Of a stretch of DNA of 64,000 nt, positions 9,270 through 18,189 are shown one piece after another. Both the position numbers and the translations under genes were made by a program. The stretch is from Spirochaetia bacterium. GTDB taxonomy: Bacteria > Spirochaetota > Spirochaetia > UBA9216. The first letter of the stretch is position 1, and the number at the start of each line of letters is the position of its first letter. The DNA lies in the NCBI GenBank assembly GCA_963677925.2, contig CAXXYH010000003.1, positions 1,760,001 through 1,824,000 on the forward strand. Reading direction: 5' to 3'. The notes beneath the pieces are model-generated. The model was not told the origin of the DNA and did not search any database. It saw only the letters and a program-made list of their open reading frames with translations.

Positions 9270-10277
9270 CTAGTGCTGCCTCTTGGTGTCAAGCCAGATG
9301 GCTACGACCAGAACAAGTCCTCTCATGACGTATTGCATGTAAACATCAACCCCCAGCAGGTTAAGACAGTTGCCAAGCAGAATTACAAGCAGCGTACCGA
9401 TTACAGTACGTATTACGCTTCCCTTACCGCCGAGCAGCGAGGTACCGCCAACTACTACCGCCATTATGGCCTGTGTTTCATAGCCTTTTCCCAGAGTGGG
9501 AGAAGCCTGAGTTACCCTTGAAAAGAGAATGATACCGCTTAAACCGGCCATAAACCCGTTGATGGTAAACATGCTGATGATTCCCTTTTTAACAGAAATA
9601 CCGGCAAGTCTTGCTGCGGTTTTGTTTCCACCGAGAAGATTGATTGTACGGCCGAGATAGGTTTTATTCTGAAAAATATAGAGAATTACAAAAACAAAGA
9701 TAAATATCAGAAATGATACCGAGAATATTCCGACCGTACCTGAACCGATAACAGTGAAGAGTGAATAATCAGCCTCCATATATGTCAGGTAGTGGGTTAC
9801 ACCTCCTGTATACAGCATTGCAAGTCCGCCGAAAACAACCATGGTTCCATAGGTGATAAACAGGGCTTCAGCCTGTGTGATAGCACCGCTCACCAGTATC
9901 AGCAGACTGTTGATAAAGCCGCACACCGCTCCGGCAATCAGCCCGATGATAAGAGCCGGAACCATTCCAAGCGGCTCGATAAGTGAGTGGGTGATGACAA
10001 CTACCAGAGGAATTGTTCCGGAAACTGATAGGTCAATAAACCCGCCTATAATTACAAAGGTCATTCCGAGGCAGACCATAATCAGAGGCCCGAACTGACG
10101 CATGATATTCGTCATATTGGCAACAGTCGCAAATTTTGGTTCAACGATTATAGTTACAATGGCCAGTACGGCAATAGCGAAAAGGACCATGTATTCCTTT
10201 GAGAACTCAATAATCGCCTTTCTGATTTTCGAATCAGCAACCGGAACTGCTTTTACTGGTGTATTATTTTCGCTCAT
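9270..10277 (-). CDS. sugar ABC transporter permease (RbsC family)
   Basis: GFIDLSV, TYLGR..GGN..AARLAGI, AVVVGGTSLLGG. Confidence 0.92.
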   Translation of the reverse strand: MSENNTPVKAVPVADSKIRKAIIEFSKEYMVLFAIAVLAIVTIIVEPKFATVANMTNIMRQFGPLIMVCLGMTFVIIGGFIDLSVSGTIPLVVVITHSLIEPLGMVPALIIGLIAGAVCGFINSLLILVSGAITQAEALFITYGTMVVFGGLAMLYTGGVTHYLTYMEADYSLFTVIGSGTVGIFSVSFLIFIFVFVILYIFQNKTYLGRTINLLGGNKTAARLAGISVKKGIISMFTINGFMAGLSGIILFSRVTQASPTLGKGYETQAIMAVVVGGTSLLGGKGSVIRTVIGTLLVILLGNCLNLLGVDVYMQYVMRGLVLVVAIWLDTKRQH

Positions 10278-11782
10278 GATTCCGTCCCTTTATCAATAAA
10301 CTCAAATGCTTTTTCCATTATTTCATGTGTTGACGCCTTTTCAGGATCAAATTCGCCCGTAATCCGGCCGTCACAGATTGTAAGCACACGGTTGCTCATA
10401 TTCAGAACCTCCGGCAGCTCCGAAGATATCAGTATTACAGAACCGCCCTTGCTTACAATATCCTTCATAAGCAGATAGATTTCATACTTCGCACCAACGT
10501 CAATACCCCTTGTCGGTTCATCCATTATCAGGATACGCGGTTCAAGTTCGAGCCAGCGGCCGACTATACATTTCTGCTGATTTCCGCCGGAAAGGCTTTC
10601 AGCCCTTGTTTTAGCCGACGGGGTTTTAATATTAAGAGCCTTAATCTGTCTTTCAGCTATTGCCTTCTCATCTCCCTTTTTAAGAAAGCCAAGCTTTGTC
10701 GTCATCCTGTCGAGACTCGCCATTGAGATATTTGACTCTACGCTGAAGGGGAGAATGAGGCCCTGCAGTTTCCGATCTTCAGGAACAAAGGATATTCCTG
10801 CAGCCTTGGCATCGGCAGGTTCCTTGATTTTTACAGGTTTTCCGTCAATCAGGATTTCATGGCCGAAGGTCCTGTCTGCACCGAAAATTGCCCGGACTAT
10901 CTCAGTCCTTCCTGCTCCTACAAGACCGACAAAGCCCAGTATTTCACCTTTTTTCAGCTTGAAGGATACATCCTTTAATTTCTTTGTATTTATTGAGCGT
11001 ACTTCCATGAGTGTATCACCGACATTTCTAGGACGCTCGGGAAATTCATTTTCAATTGACCGGCCGACCATTTTGGCAATCATTTCACCTCTGGTTATCT
11101 CTCCGATCGGTTTTGTATCGATGACCTTGCCGTCACGCATTACGGTGACCATGTCGCAGTAGTTGAATATTTCATCGAGTTTATGACTTATATAGATGAT
11201 AGATATTCCCTGTTCTTTGAGATGTGCAATAATCCTTGCCAGATGCTTCATTTCATCATCTGTAAGACTGCTGCTCGGTTCATCCATGATAATCAGTTTT
11301 GAGTCGAATGAAAGAGCCTTCGCTATCTCGACCATCTGTTTTTCAGAAACGCTCAAATCTCCAACAAGGGTATATGTATCAATTTTAGAACCTATACTGT
11401 CAAGAAGCTCACGTGCCTTTGCATGCGTGCCCTTCATACCTTTCAACTCTCTGAAACGGCCCAGAAAAACATTTTCTCCCACTGTCATCGTATTTACGAT
11501 ATTCAGTTCCTGATAGATGATACTCAGTCCCATTTCCATCGACTTATGGGGTGTTGTTGACTTGATATCTTTTCCGTCAAAAGTAATTGTGCCTGAATCT
11601 TTTACATGTACTCCTGATAAAATCTTCATCAGCGTAGATTTACCGGCACCGTTCTCCCCTACTATACCGTGAACCGTTCCCCGCCTGACATTAATGGAAA
11701 CATCATCAAGCGCCTTAACACCGGGAAAGGTTTTATTTATGTTTTCAACTGAAAGAATGTATTCCGGCATCTTATCATTCAT
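10274..11782 (-). CDS. sugar ABC transporter ATP-binding protein (RbsA/MglA family, duplicated NBD)
   Basis: GENGAGKST, IIMDEPS, LSGGNQQK, DEPTRGIDVGAK; start uncertain (TTG 11791, ATG 11782 or 11770). Confidence 0.95.
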   Translation of the reverse strand: MNDKMPEYILSVENINKTFPGVKALDDVSINVRRGTVHGIVGENGAGKSTLMKILSGVHVKDSGTITFDGKDIKSTTPHKSMEMGLSIIYQELNIVNTMTVGENVFLGRFRELKGMKGTHAKARELLDSIGSKIDTYTLVGDLSVSEKQMVEIAKALSFDSKLIIMDEPSSSLTDDEMKHLARIIAHLKEQGISIIYISHKLDEIFNYCDMVTVMRDGKVIDTKPIGEITRGEMIAKMVGRSIENEFPERPRNVGDTLMEVRSINTKKLKDVSFKLKKGEILGFVGLVGAGRTEIVRAIFGADRTFGHEILIDGKPVKIKEPADAKAAGISFVPEDRKLQGLILPFSVESNISMASLDRMTTKLGFLKKGDEKAIAERQIKALNIKTPSAKTRAESLSGGNQQKCIVGRWLELEPRILIMDEPTRGIDVGAKYEIYLLMKDIVSKGGSVILISSELPEVLNMSNRVLTICDGRITGEFDPEKASTHEIMEKAFEFIDKGTES

Positions 11783-11834
11783 TTCTCTCAACCTCTTTCT
11801 TTGTAAGCTTTTTCTTTTTTAGATAGATGAGGGA

Positions 11835-11935
11835 GCAATTTCAAAAACTTTTAGAGTCTCACTTCCTGCGTTTTGAAATTGCCTCTATGAATAAGCCCGT
11901 TTAAACATAATCATGTAAAAACGAGCTTATTTCAT
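11835..11935. repeat. two tandem intergenic inverted repeats between the SBP and ATPase genes
   Basis: GCAATTTCAAAA(11835-46)/TTTTGAAATTGC(11871-82) perfect 12-bp IR; second imperfect IR AATAAGCCCGTTT...AAACGAGCTTATT within 11887-11935. Confidence 0.65.
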
Positions 11936-11954
11936 TTCTTTTACCAGTTAAATC

Positions 11955-12905
11955 CTACCACTCAGGAGGAGTGAAAGTATCGATATTTGAAAGGTCTACT
12001 ATATCAAGCGGAATGAAGTTTACAACTTTGATTGATTTGCCGTCCAGAAGATCTCTGGCTGTCTGCATTTCTATCATTGCCATATTTTCAAAGTTCTGCA
12101 TAATGGTGACACTCTGCCGGCCGCTTCTAACCTGGTCAAAACCTGCCCTGTTGCCGTCTACACCTACGATAAATTTTCCGGTCATACCTGCTGCGTCAAG
12201 TGCATTGAGTATACCTGTTGCACCTCCGTCCCAGTGACAGAATATACCTTCAATTTCTTCACCGTATTTAACAATCATGTCTTCCATTATCATCATAGCC
12301 TGGTTTGTATCCCACTGCTGACATGCTTTGTAATCAATAACTTCAAGTTTTGAACCAGCAATTTTCTTGTTGAAACCATCATGTCTCTTGATCTGAGCGT
12401 CATGTCCTGACTGACCGCCTATCTCAACAATCTTTGCACCGTTGGGGAATTTGTTCAGGAATGCCTGACCTGCAGCTTCACCAGCCATAAGGTCGTTAAC
12501 GCCTACGAAGAAATCACGCGCCATGTCAGCACTTTCTGCAGGAACGTCTGATGAGAACATACCTACGATAACACCGGCTTTCTTGGCTTTAATAAGAGCG
12601 GGAATAACCGCGTTGATATCATTGGGGTTAACAAATATAGCTGCGAATTTCTGAGCTACAGCATTATTGATCAGCTGGGTTTCAACCTGAGCATCACCCT
12701 TACCGTCAAGAATTGTTACATCAAAATTATATTCAGCTGCATGTTTTTCAAACATTTTTGCTGCAAAAGCCTGTGACGGATTTGCAATTTCACCCGGAAT
12801 AAAGGCAACTTTTTCCATTCCGCCGGCAGCTTCCTGCTGACCGCCTGCAAATGCCATAGTACCAACCATTAATACTATGCAAATCAGTACAATTACTCTT
12901 TTCAT
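11955..12905 (-). CDS. sugar ABC transporter substrate-binding protein (RbsB-like, Peripla_BP_4)
   Basis: Signal peptide ending AFAGGQQE; LDGKGD, RHDGF, IVGVDG, TIMQNF motifs. Confidence 0.9.
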   Translation of the reverse strand: MKRVIVLICIVLMVGTMAFAGGQQEAAGGMEKVAFIPGEIANPSQAFAAKMFEKHAAEYNFDVTILDGKGDAQVETQLINNAVAQKFAAIFVNPNDINAVIPALIKAKKAGVIVGMFSSDVPAESADMARDFFVGVNDLMAGEAAGQAFLNKFPNGAKIVEIGGQSGHDAQIKRHDGFNKKIAGSKLEVIDYKACQQWDTNQAMMIMEDMIVKYGEEIEGIFCHWDGGATGILNALDAAGMTGKFIVGVDGNRAGFDQVRSGRQSVTIMQNFENMAMIEMQTARDLLDGKSIKVVNFIPLDIVDLSNIDTFTPPEW

Positions 12906-13001
12906 TTAAGTCCTCCATTAAAAAAACAAATTCTTAATTAAAATCTAAACCAACCTAACTCTCTGTTGAAAAAAAGATGCAAACCTCCTTAATACTGATT
13001 T

Positions 13002-13478
13002 TCAGTTTTTATCTGTATCCTTACGGACAAATTCCCTTAATACTGACACAACAAGTTCATGGTCTTCCACATCAGGCAGACCGCTGACTGTTACAGACCC
13101 GATAGTCCCGGTCTCTTTTATTATGATTGGAAATGATCCGCCGAATGGTGCATATTCACCTCCGTCAAGAAAGTAAAGTTCTTCGAGTGATTTTTTCTTT
13201 TCAAGCAGCAGCTCTTTCATATAAAGGGAACTTTTACCGAAGCGGTCCGCGATTCTGCTTTTCCGGATTATCCAGCTGTCGTTATCAGCTGAAGTCCCTT
13301 CAATCGCGTAATGAAATATCTGCTGTCCATGCTTTCTTATATCAACTGTAACTACTTGATCCTTGAGACGGGCTACCTCTACAAGCCTAAGTCCAAGCTC
13401 AAGAGCCATTGAATTCGAAAAAGAACTGAATTGAAGCTCTGAATGCTCTTCGTCTCTGGCTTTCAATATGCTACTCAT
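13002..13478 (-). CDS. heme-degrading-domain (GlcG/HbpS-like, UPF0303) protein
   Basis: GTSADNDSWIIRKS, GGSFPI, TVSGLPDVEDH motifs. Confidence 0.85.
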   Translation of the reverse strand: MSSILKARDEEHSELQFSSFSNSMALELGLRLVEVARLKDQVVTVDIRKHGQQIFHYAIEGTSADNDSWIIRKSRIADRFGKSSLYMKELLLEKKKSLEELYFLDGGEYAPFGGSFPIIIKETGTIGSVTVSGLPDVEDHELVVSVLREFVRKDTDKN

Positions 13479-13503
13479 TTTCCATCTTTCGCCTTAAATT
13501 AAT

Positions 13504-13567
13504 CTTTCGTATGATAGTATTTATTTATCGTATGTGATACGATACACCATCAAATTACAGTTGTCAA
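13504..13567 (-). promoter_or_regulatory. promoter and operator of the UPF0303-ABC-ROK-DeoR operon
   Basis: Minus strand TTGACA(13567-62)-17-TATCGT(13544-39) overlaps the perfect palindrome TATCGTAT-GTG-ATACGATA (13526-44); extra half-site CTTTCGTATG at 13504, 21 bp away. Confidence 0.7.
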
Positions 13568-13645
13568 ATTTTATTTTCAGGGATTCACCCTTTTAATTGC
13601 CAAAATCAGAGTGTTCTGGTAAAAATATGCAGAAAGGATTAACAG

Positions 13646-14566
13646 ATGAACGGAACAGTTTTTGATTTTAAAAGATTCGCAGTGCATGACGGGCCTGGGA
13701 TAAGAACCACCCTATTCCTAAAAGGCTGCCCGCTGGGCTGTCTCTGGTGCCACAACCCCGAAGGTATTAATATCAAACTCAGTCTCTGGTTCTTTGAACG
13801 TAAGTGCATAGCATGTAAATCCTGTGTTGAAACCTGCAGCTTCGGAGCGCTTACAGCAGCATTACCCGGCGAGCCTTTTATAAAAATTGATCATGACAAA
13901 TGCACACGCTGCGGCGACTGTGTCGCAGAATGCCCTACAAAGGCGCTCAGCTTCGACGGATACTATATGTCGGTTGATGAGGCCGTAGAGGAACTGCTTA
14001 AAGACAGGGAATTTTATGAAACTTCAGGAGGCGGTATTACAATATCCGGCGGAGATCCCGTTTTTCAGCCTGATTTCAGCAAAGCGGTATTAAGCGCATG
14101 CAAAGAGCGAGGTGTCCACACTGCAATTGAATCATCCATGTTTACAAAGTCTGAAATTCTTTTAAGTTTTACCGAATGCACCGATCTATTCATAGTCGAT
14201 ATAAAACTGATTGATAACGAGATGCATAAAAAGTACACCGGAACCGATAATCGCATTATTCTTGATAACTTCAAACAGCTGTCTGCAGTCCATTCCGAAA
14301 TACTTGTTCGCATTCCCTTGATACCCGGAATAACAGCAACACCCGGGAATGTTGAAGCAGTTGCCTCCTTTGTATCGGAGACTGCGCCAGGAACGTCACT
14401 TGAATTGATCAATTTCAATCCTCTTGCGGAAAGCAAGTACCATACAATGGACAGGGATTATGAAGTGCTTATGGGACTTGAACCCCTTACCGAAGGGGAA
14501 CTGGATGAGCTGTATTCAATACTTGAGAAATACGAACTTAACCCCGTCAGAGAAAAGAAGATTTAA
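13646..14566 (+). CDS. glycyl-radical enzyme activating enzyme (radical SAM with 2x[4Fe-4S] insert)
   Basis: HDGPGIRT..FLKGCPLGCLWCHNPE, CIACKSC / CTRCGDC ferredoxin insert, GGITISGGDP, RIPLIPG. Confidence 0.95.
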   Translation: MNGTVFDFKRFAVHDGPGIRTTLFLKGCPLGCLWCHNPEGINIKLSLWFFERKCIACKSCVETCSFGALTAALPGEPFIKIDHDKCTRCGDCVAECPTKALSFDGYYMSVDEAVEELLKDREFYETSGGGITISGGDPVFQPDFSKAVLSACKERGVHTAIESSMFTKSEILLSFTECTDLFIVDIKLIDNEMHKKYTGTDNRIILDNFKQLSAVHSEILVRIPLIPGITATPGNVEAVASFVSETAPGTSLELINFNPLAESKYHTMDRDYEVLMGLEPLTEGELDELYSILEKYELNPVREKKI

Positions 14567-14577
14567 GGCATATTAAA

Positions 14578-14620
14578 ATAAAAAAGGCTGAGCAGAACAA
14601 ACTGACTCAGCCTTTTTTAT
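14578..14620. terminator. bidirectional intrinsic terminator between the convergent activase and GRE genes
   Basis: ATAAAAAAGGCTGAG...CTCAGCCTTTTTTAT. Confidence 0.85.
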
Positions 14621-14631
14621 CTGCAGATTAT

Positions 14632-17019
14632 TTACATTGTCTGCTCTGTCCTTGAAATAATATCATTCTGGGTTTCTGTTGAAAGGTTAGTGAAAAAAGC
14701 TGAGTATCCGGCAACCCTGACTACAAGATCGTTATACTCCTCAGGTTTCTCCTGAGCCTCAACAAGGGTTTCCTTATCAACAATATTGTACTGTATGTGC
14801 CAGCCCTTGAGATCATCAAAGAATGTATGCAGCATTGAAATCAGTTTTTCCCGGTTTGCATCTGAATCAAGAACTGCAGGTGTGAATTTCTGGTTGAGCA
14901 GTACTCCGCCCAGGATTCGGTCAGTCGGAAGCTTTCCGATGCTCTGAAGAACTGCTGTCGGTCCGCATCTGTCCGCACCGGCTGAGGGAGAGGCTCCTTC
15001 AGCAAGCGGAGTCCAGGCTTTTCTTCCGTCAGGAGTAGCCGGCACTACCGCACCTGAGGGAACATTACTTGAAATACTGGAAGTACCTCCGTAATAGCGG
15101 CAGCCGATTGCAGGGCTTCCCTTTCTGATAGTGCTGTATTTTTCAACCTCATCAAGGTATTTATCGTAGGCATCACCAAGCAGATTATCTACGTAATCTT
15201 CATCATTTCCGAACTTCGGGGCAAAGTTAAGAAGAATCTGTCTCAGCTTCTCACCTTCCGGCCCTGCGAAATCGTTTTCAATGGCATTCATGAGCTCTGA
15301 GGGGCTTATGCGCTTTTCTTCAAAAACAAGCTTCTTTATTGCAGCAAGAGAATCTCCAAGGTTGGCTATTCCAACCTGAAGACCAGATTCAAAATCATAC
15401 TTGCTTCCGCCTTCATGGATCGTAAGCCCGCGGTCAAGACAGTCATCGGTGAAGGCTGAACAGATAATATCGGGTGCTTCATCCCGCAGTACTACATCAA
15501 TTGCTGAATCGATTGCAACACCGGCCTTTGCAAAAAATCTCACCTGCTTTTCCCAGGCATCCATCACCTGGCTGAAATCGGTAAAATCGGTAAATTTTCC
15601 GGTACCGCTGCAGAAAGTTTTTCCGCTTACGGGATCTTTTCCATCATTAAGAGCCGCAAGGAAAACCCTCATAAAATTGAGAAAGTGCTTTCCGGTACAT
15701 CTGTATCCCCATTTACCGGGCACCGCTGTCTCAATGCATCCGATAGCCGAGTAATCCCAGGCATCTTCGGGTTCAACGCCGAGGTCAAGGAATGATGGGA
15801 TTACTATTGAGTCATTATTGAAAGCAGGCATACCGAAGCCCAGCCGGATTACCCTGATGCATTCACGCAGAAACTCGTTGTCAATTCCCGGATGAAAGCG
15901 GACTGAAAGATTCGGCTGGGTCAGTTTTGTCTCGCCTACTGATTTAAGAATCAGAAAGGATAAGTCGTTTACGGCATCTGAACCGTCCTGAAGCTGACCT
16001 CCTATCGTAACATTCTGATAAAGCGGTCCGCCGGCTGAAAACCGGGTATGCGACCAGGAGCGGATCTTTTTGATACTGACAAGTTTGAGCCAGAGGTTTT
16101 CAAGAAGTTCCATCACCTCATCATCATTTATCAGGCCCTTATCCGCATCCTCTTTATAGAAGGGATACAGATACTGATCCATCCTTCCAAGTGACAGAGA
16201 ATGCCCGTTGCTCTCTATCTGAAGAACAAGCTGCACAAAATATGTCAGCTGAAGAGCCTGGTAGAAGGTCTCAGGTTTACCTGCAGATATGCTGCGGCAG
16301 TTCTTTTCTATTTTTTCAAGCTCTGCTTTCCGCTGCTCACCGGTTTCGGTTCGGCTCATTTCCAGTGCAAGGTCTGCAAAACGGAGTATAAAATCCTGCA
16401 TGGCTTCAAGGCTCATTATAACCGACTGGTAAAACAGCCGCTTTTTAATGTCCTCGCCTGATATAAAATCCGAGGTTTCAAGTTTATCTGAAGCTTTTTT
16501 CTTAAACCACTCCAGGCCGTTTTCAAGAATGAGTCTGAAATGGGCGGCTATGTGCGCATCACCGGAGGTCAAATTTCCTTCAGCCCGAATTATTCCTGTT
16601 TCGTGAATTTCCAGAAGTTCCTCTGCCATCATTGCTCGGCCCTTATCAAGGGTGGTTTTATTTTCCCAGTATCTGCAGAGTTCAAGAAGCTCTTTTTTTA
16701 TTTCATCTGAGGGGTAGAAGGCATCACCGCTTCTTTTCTCAAACTCATCGATTTCTTTTTCAATCCACTCAACAGCATATTCGGGGAAAATCGGAGCAGC
16801 ATAAATAGCAGAAGAATGGTTTCCAACTATCAGATCTTCCGGTTCTATCCTGATACTCATGTTTTCCAGAGTATCCCGGAGAGCATAAGCTCTTTTTATG
16901 ATTACCGGTTTGTCCTCATGCTTTTTATAGGCTTCAGTATAAAACCGAGCCCTTTCAATACACACTGTAGGTTTAGTTTTGAGAATTCTTTCCCGATAGC
17001 TGCTGATTCTGCCAGTCAT
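14632..17019 (-). CDS. glycyl radical enzyme, YbiW/PflF subfamily (probable 1,5-anhydro-alditol-6-phosphate ring-opening enzyme)
   Basis: RVAGYSAFF glycyl motif; single-Cys GCIETAV loop; AEGNLTSGDAH, QIESNGHS, PLYQNVTIGG, KWGYRCTG, TSSIS and GGVLLNQK segments match E. coli YbiW as recalled. Confidence 0.88.
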   Translation of the reverse strand: MTGRISSYRERILKTKPTVCIERARFYTEAYKKHEDKPVIIKRAYALRDTLENMSIRIEPEDLIVGNHSSAIYAAPIFPEYAVEWIEKEIDEFEKRSGDAFYPSDEIKKELLELCRYWENKTTLDKGRAMMAEELLEIHETGIIRAEGNLTSGDAHIAAHFRLILENGLEWFKKKASDKLETSDFISGEDIKKRLFYQSVIMSLEAMQDFILRFADLALEMSRTETGEQRKAELEKIEKNCRSISAGKPETFYQALQLTYFVQLVLQIESNGHSLSLGRMDQYLYPFYKEDADKGLINDDEVMELLENLWLKLVSIKKIRSWSHTRFSAGGPLYQNVTIGGQLQDGSDAVNDLSFLILKSVGETKLTQPNLSVRFHPGIDNEFLRECIRVIRLGFGMPAFNNDSIVIPSFLDLGVEPEDAWDYSAIGCIETAVPGKWGYRCTGKHFLNFMRVFLAALNDGKDPVSGKTFCSGTGKFTDFTDFSQVMDAWEKQVRFFAKAGVAIDSAIDVVLRDEAPDIICSAFTDDCLDRGLTIHEGGSKYDFESGLQVGIANLGDSLAAIKKLVFEEKRISPSELMNAIENDFAGPEGEKLRQILLNFAPKFGNDEDYVDNLLGDAYDKYLDEVEKYSTIRKGSPAIGCRYYGGTSSISSNVPSGAVVPATPDGRKAWTPLAEGASPSAGADRCGPTAVLQSIGKLPTDRILGGVLLNQKFTPAVLDSDANREKLISMLHTFFDDLKGWHIQYNIVDKETLVEAQEKPEEYNDLVVRVAGYSAFFTNLSTETQNDIISRTEQTM

Positions 17020-17044
17020 AATAGCTCCATATATTTTTGTATTT

Positions 17045-17073
17045 ATAGTATTTACTTTTCATATGAAAGTCAA
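17045..17073 (-). promoter_or_regulatory. GRE promoter with palindromic operator
   Basis: Minus strand TTGACT(17073-68)-17-TACTAT(17050-45); the palindrome TTTCATATGAAA (17057-68) occupies the spacer and abuts the -35 element. Confidence 0.7.
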
Positions 17074-17207
17074 TAAATCATAATTGCAAATTCTAAATAT
17101 TAGCCTTTTTATATACATTTATCCTGCTCTTTTACAATTTTCAGGCCAGGACTGCTTCAAAACAGGGCAATATGAATTGCTTTTATAACATTACAGAATT
17201 ATTAAGA

Positions 17208-17249
17208 TTGACAAGCCTCTTTCACTGCCTTATCATCTTTATACGAAAG
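17208..17249 (+). promoter_or_regulatory. promoter and operator of the AroE-like/RmlD-like operon
   Basis: TTGACA(17208-13)-17-TATCAT(17231-36), followed by ATACGAAAG (17241-49), the exact reverse complement of CTTTCGTAT at 13504. Confidence 0.7.
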
Positions 17250-17307
17250 TTATTTATTATCATTTAAACTTTATATATTTTCTTTCAAATAAAACAGGAG
17301 AGCAGTT

Positions 17308-18171
17308 ATGAAAGAACAGAATTATCTGGATAATCTGGTCGGCGTATTCGGCCATCCGGCAGCAGAAAACCCCGGAGTAGTCATACAGGAGGCTGCATTT
17401 GAAGCTATGGGCCTTGAACGCTGGCGCTTTCTTACAATTGATGTTGATCCAGGAAAACTTGCAGATGCCATAGCAGGACTGAAAGCAATGAAAATGAAGG
17501 GCATAAACTGCACAATCCCTCATAAAATTGAAGTTCTTAAATATCTTGATGAAATATCTCCAAGCGCAGAGCTTATCGGTGCAGTGAACATGATAGTAAA
17601 CAAGAACGGAAGACTTTTCGGTGAAAACACCGACGGCAAGGGCTTCATGGAATCACTAAGAAACTCCGGAATCTCTCCTGAAAACAAGAAGGTTTTAATT
17701 CTTGGCGCAGGCGGCGCAGCCCGCGCAATATCAGTCGAACTGGCCTTTGCCGGAGCAGAGCGGATAACCATTGTTAATATCCCCAGGGATGAAGATCTTG
17801 CAGTATCACTGATAGAAACATTAAAGGCCAACACAAAGGTAAACGCGGAATATGTGCCATGGACTGAAAATTTCTCAGTTCCGGAAGATACGGAAATTCT
17901 CATTAATGCGACGCCAATCGGACTGTATCCGGATGTTGATGAAAAACCGCCTATCAACTATGATTCAATCCTGCCCGGAATGTATGTTCAGGATGTAATT
18001 CCAAACCCTGCGTACACACCCTTTCTTGACGAAGCCAAAAAACGGGGTGCCGGATGGAGCACCGGCATGGGAATGCTTATAAATCAGGCAGCTATAAATA
18101 TAAAGATGTGGACCGGCAAAGACCCTGACAAGGAAGTTATGACAAAGGCTTTTCAGGAAGTCATAGGCTGA
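17308..18171 (+). CDS. shikimate dehydrogenase-family oxidoreductase (atypical substrate-binding motif)
   Basis: NCTIPHK, GAVN, NTDGKG, LGAGGAARA, INATPIG; N-terminal GHPAAENPG replaces the canonical GxPxxHSxSP. Confidence 0.85.
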   Translation: MKEQNYLDNLVGVFGHPAAENPGVVIQEAAFEAMGLERWRFLTIDVDPGKLADAIAGLKAMKMKGINCTIPHKIEVLKYLDEISPSAELIGAVNMIVNKNGRLFGENTDGKGFMESLRNSGISPENKKVLILGAGGAARAISVELAFAGAERITIVNIPRDEDLAVSLIETLKANTKVNAEYVPWTENFSVPEDTEILINATPIGLYPDVDEKPPINYDSILPGMYVQDVIPNPAYTPFLDEAKKRGAGWSTGMGMLINQAAINIKMWTGKDPDKEVMTKAFQEVIG

Positions 18172-18189
18172 GTCCGTAAAGGATACAAC

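Noticed and set aside
14632-17019. Calling the GRE pyruvate formate-lyase, choline TMA-lyase or diol dehydratase
   Set aside because: It has a single-Cys GCIE loop (PFL has CC) and YbiW-specific segments; no BMC shell or cut/pdu genes are nearby.
17308-18171. Assigning aroE (aromatic amino-acid biosynthesis)
   Set aside because: Shikimate-carboxylate-binding residues are missing, there are no aro neighbours, and the promoter carries the GRE-regulon motif.
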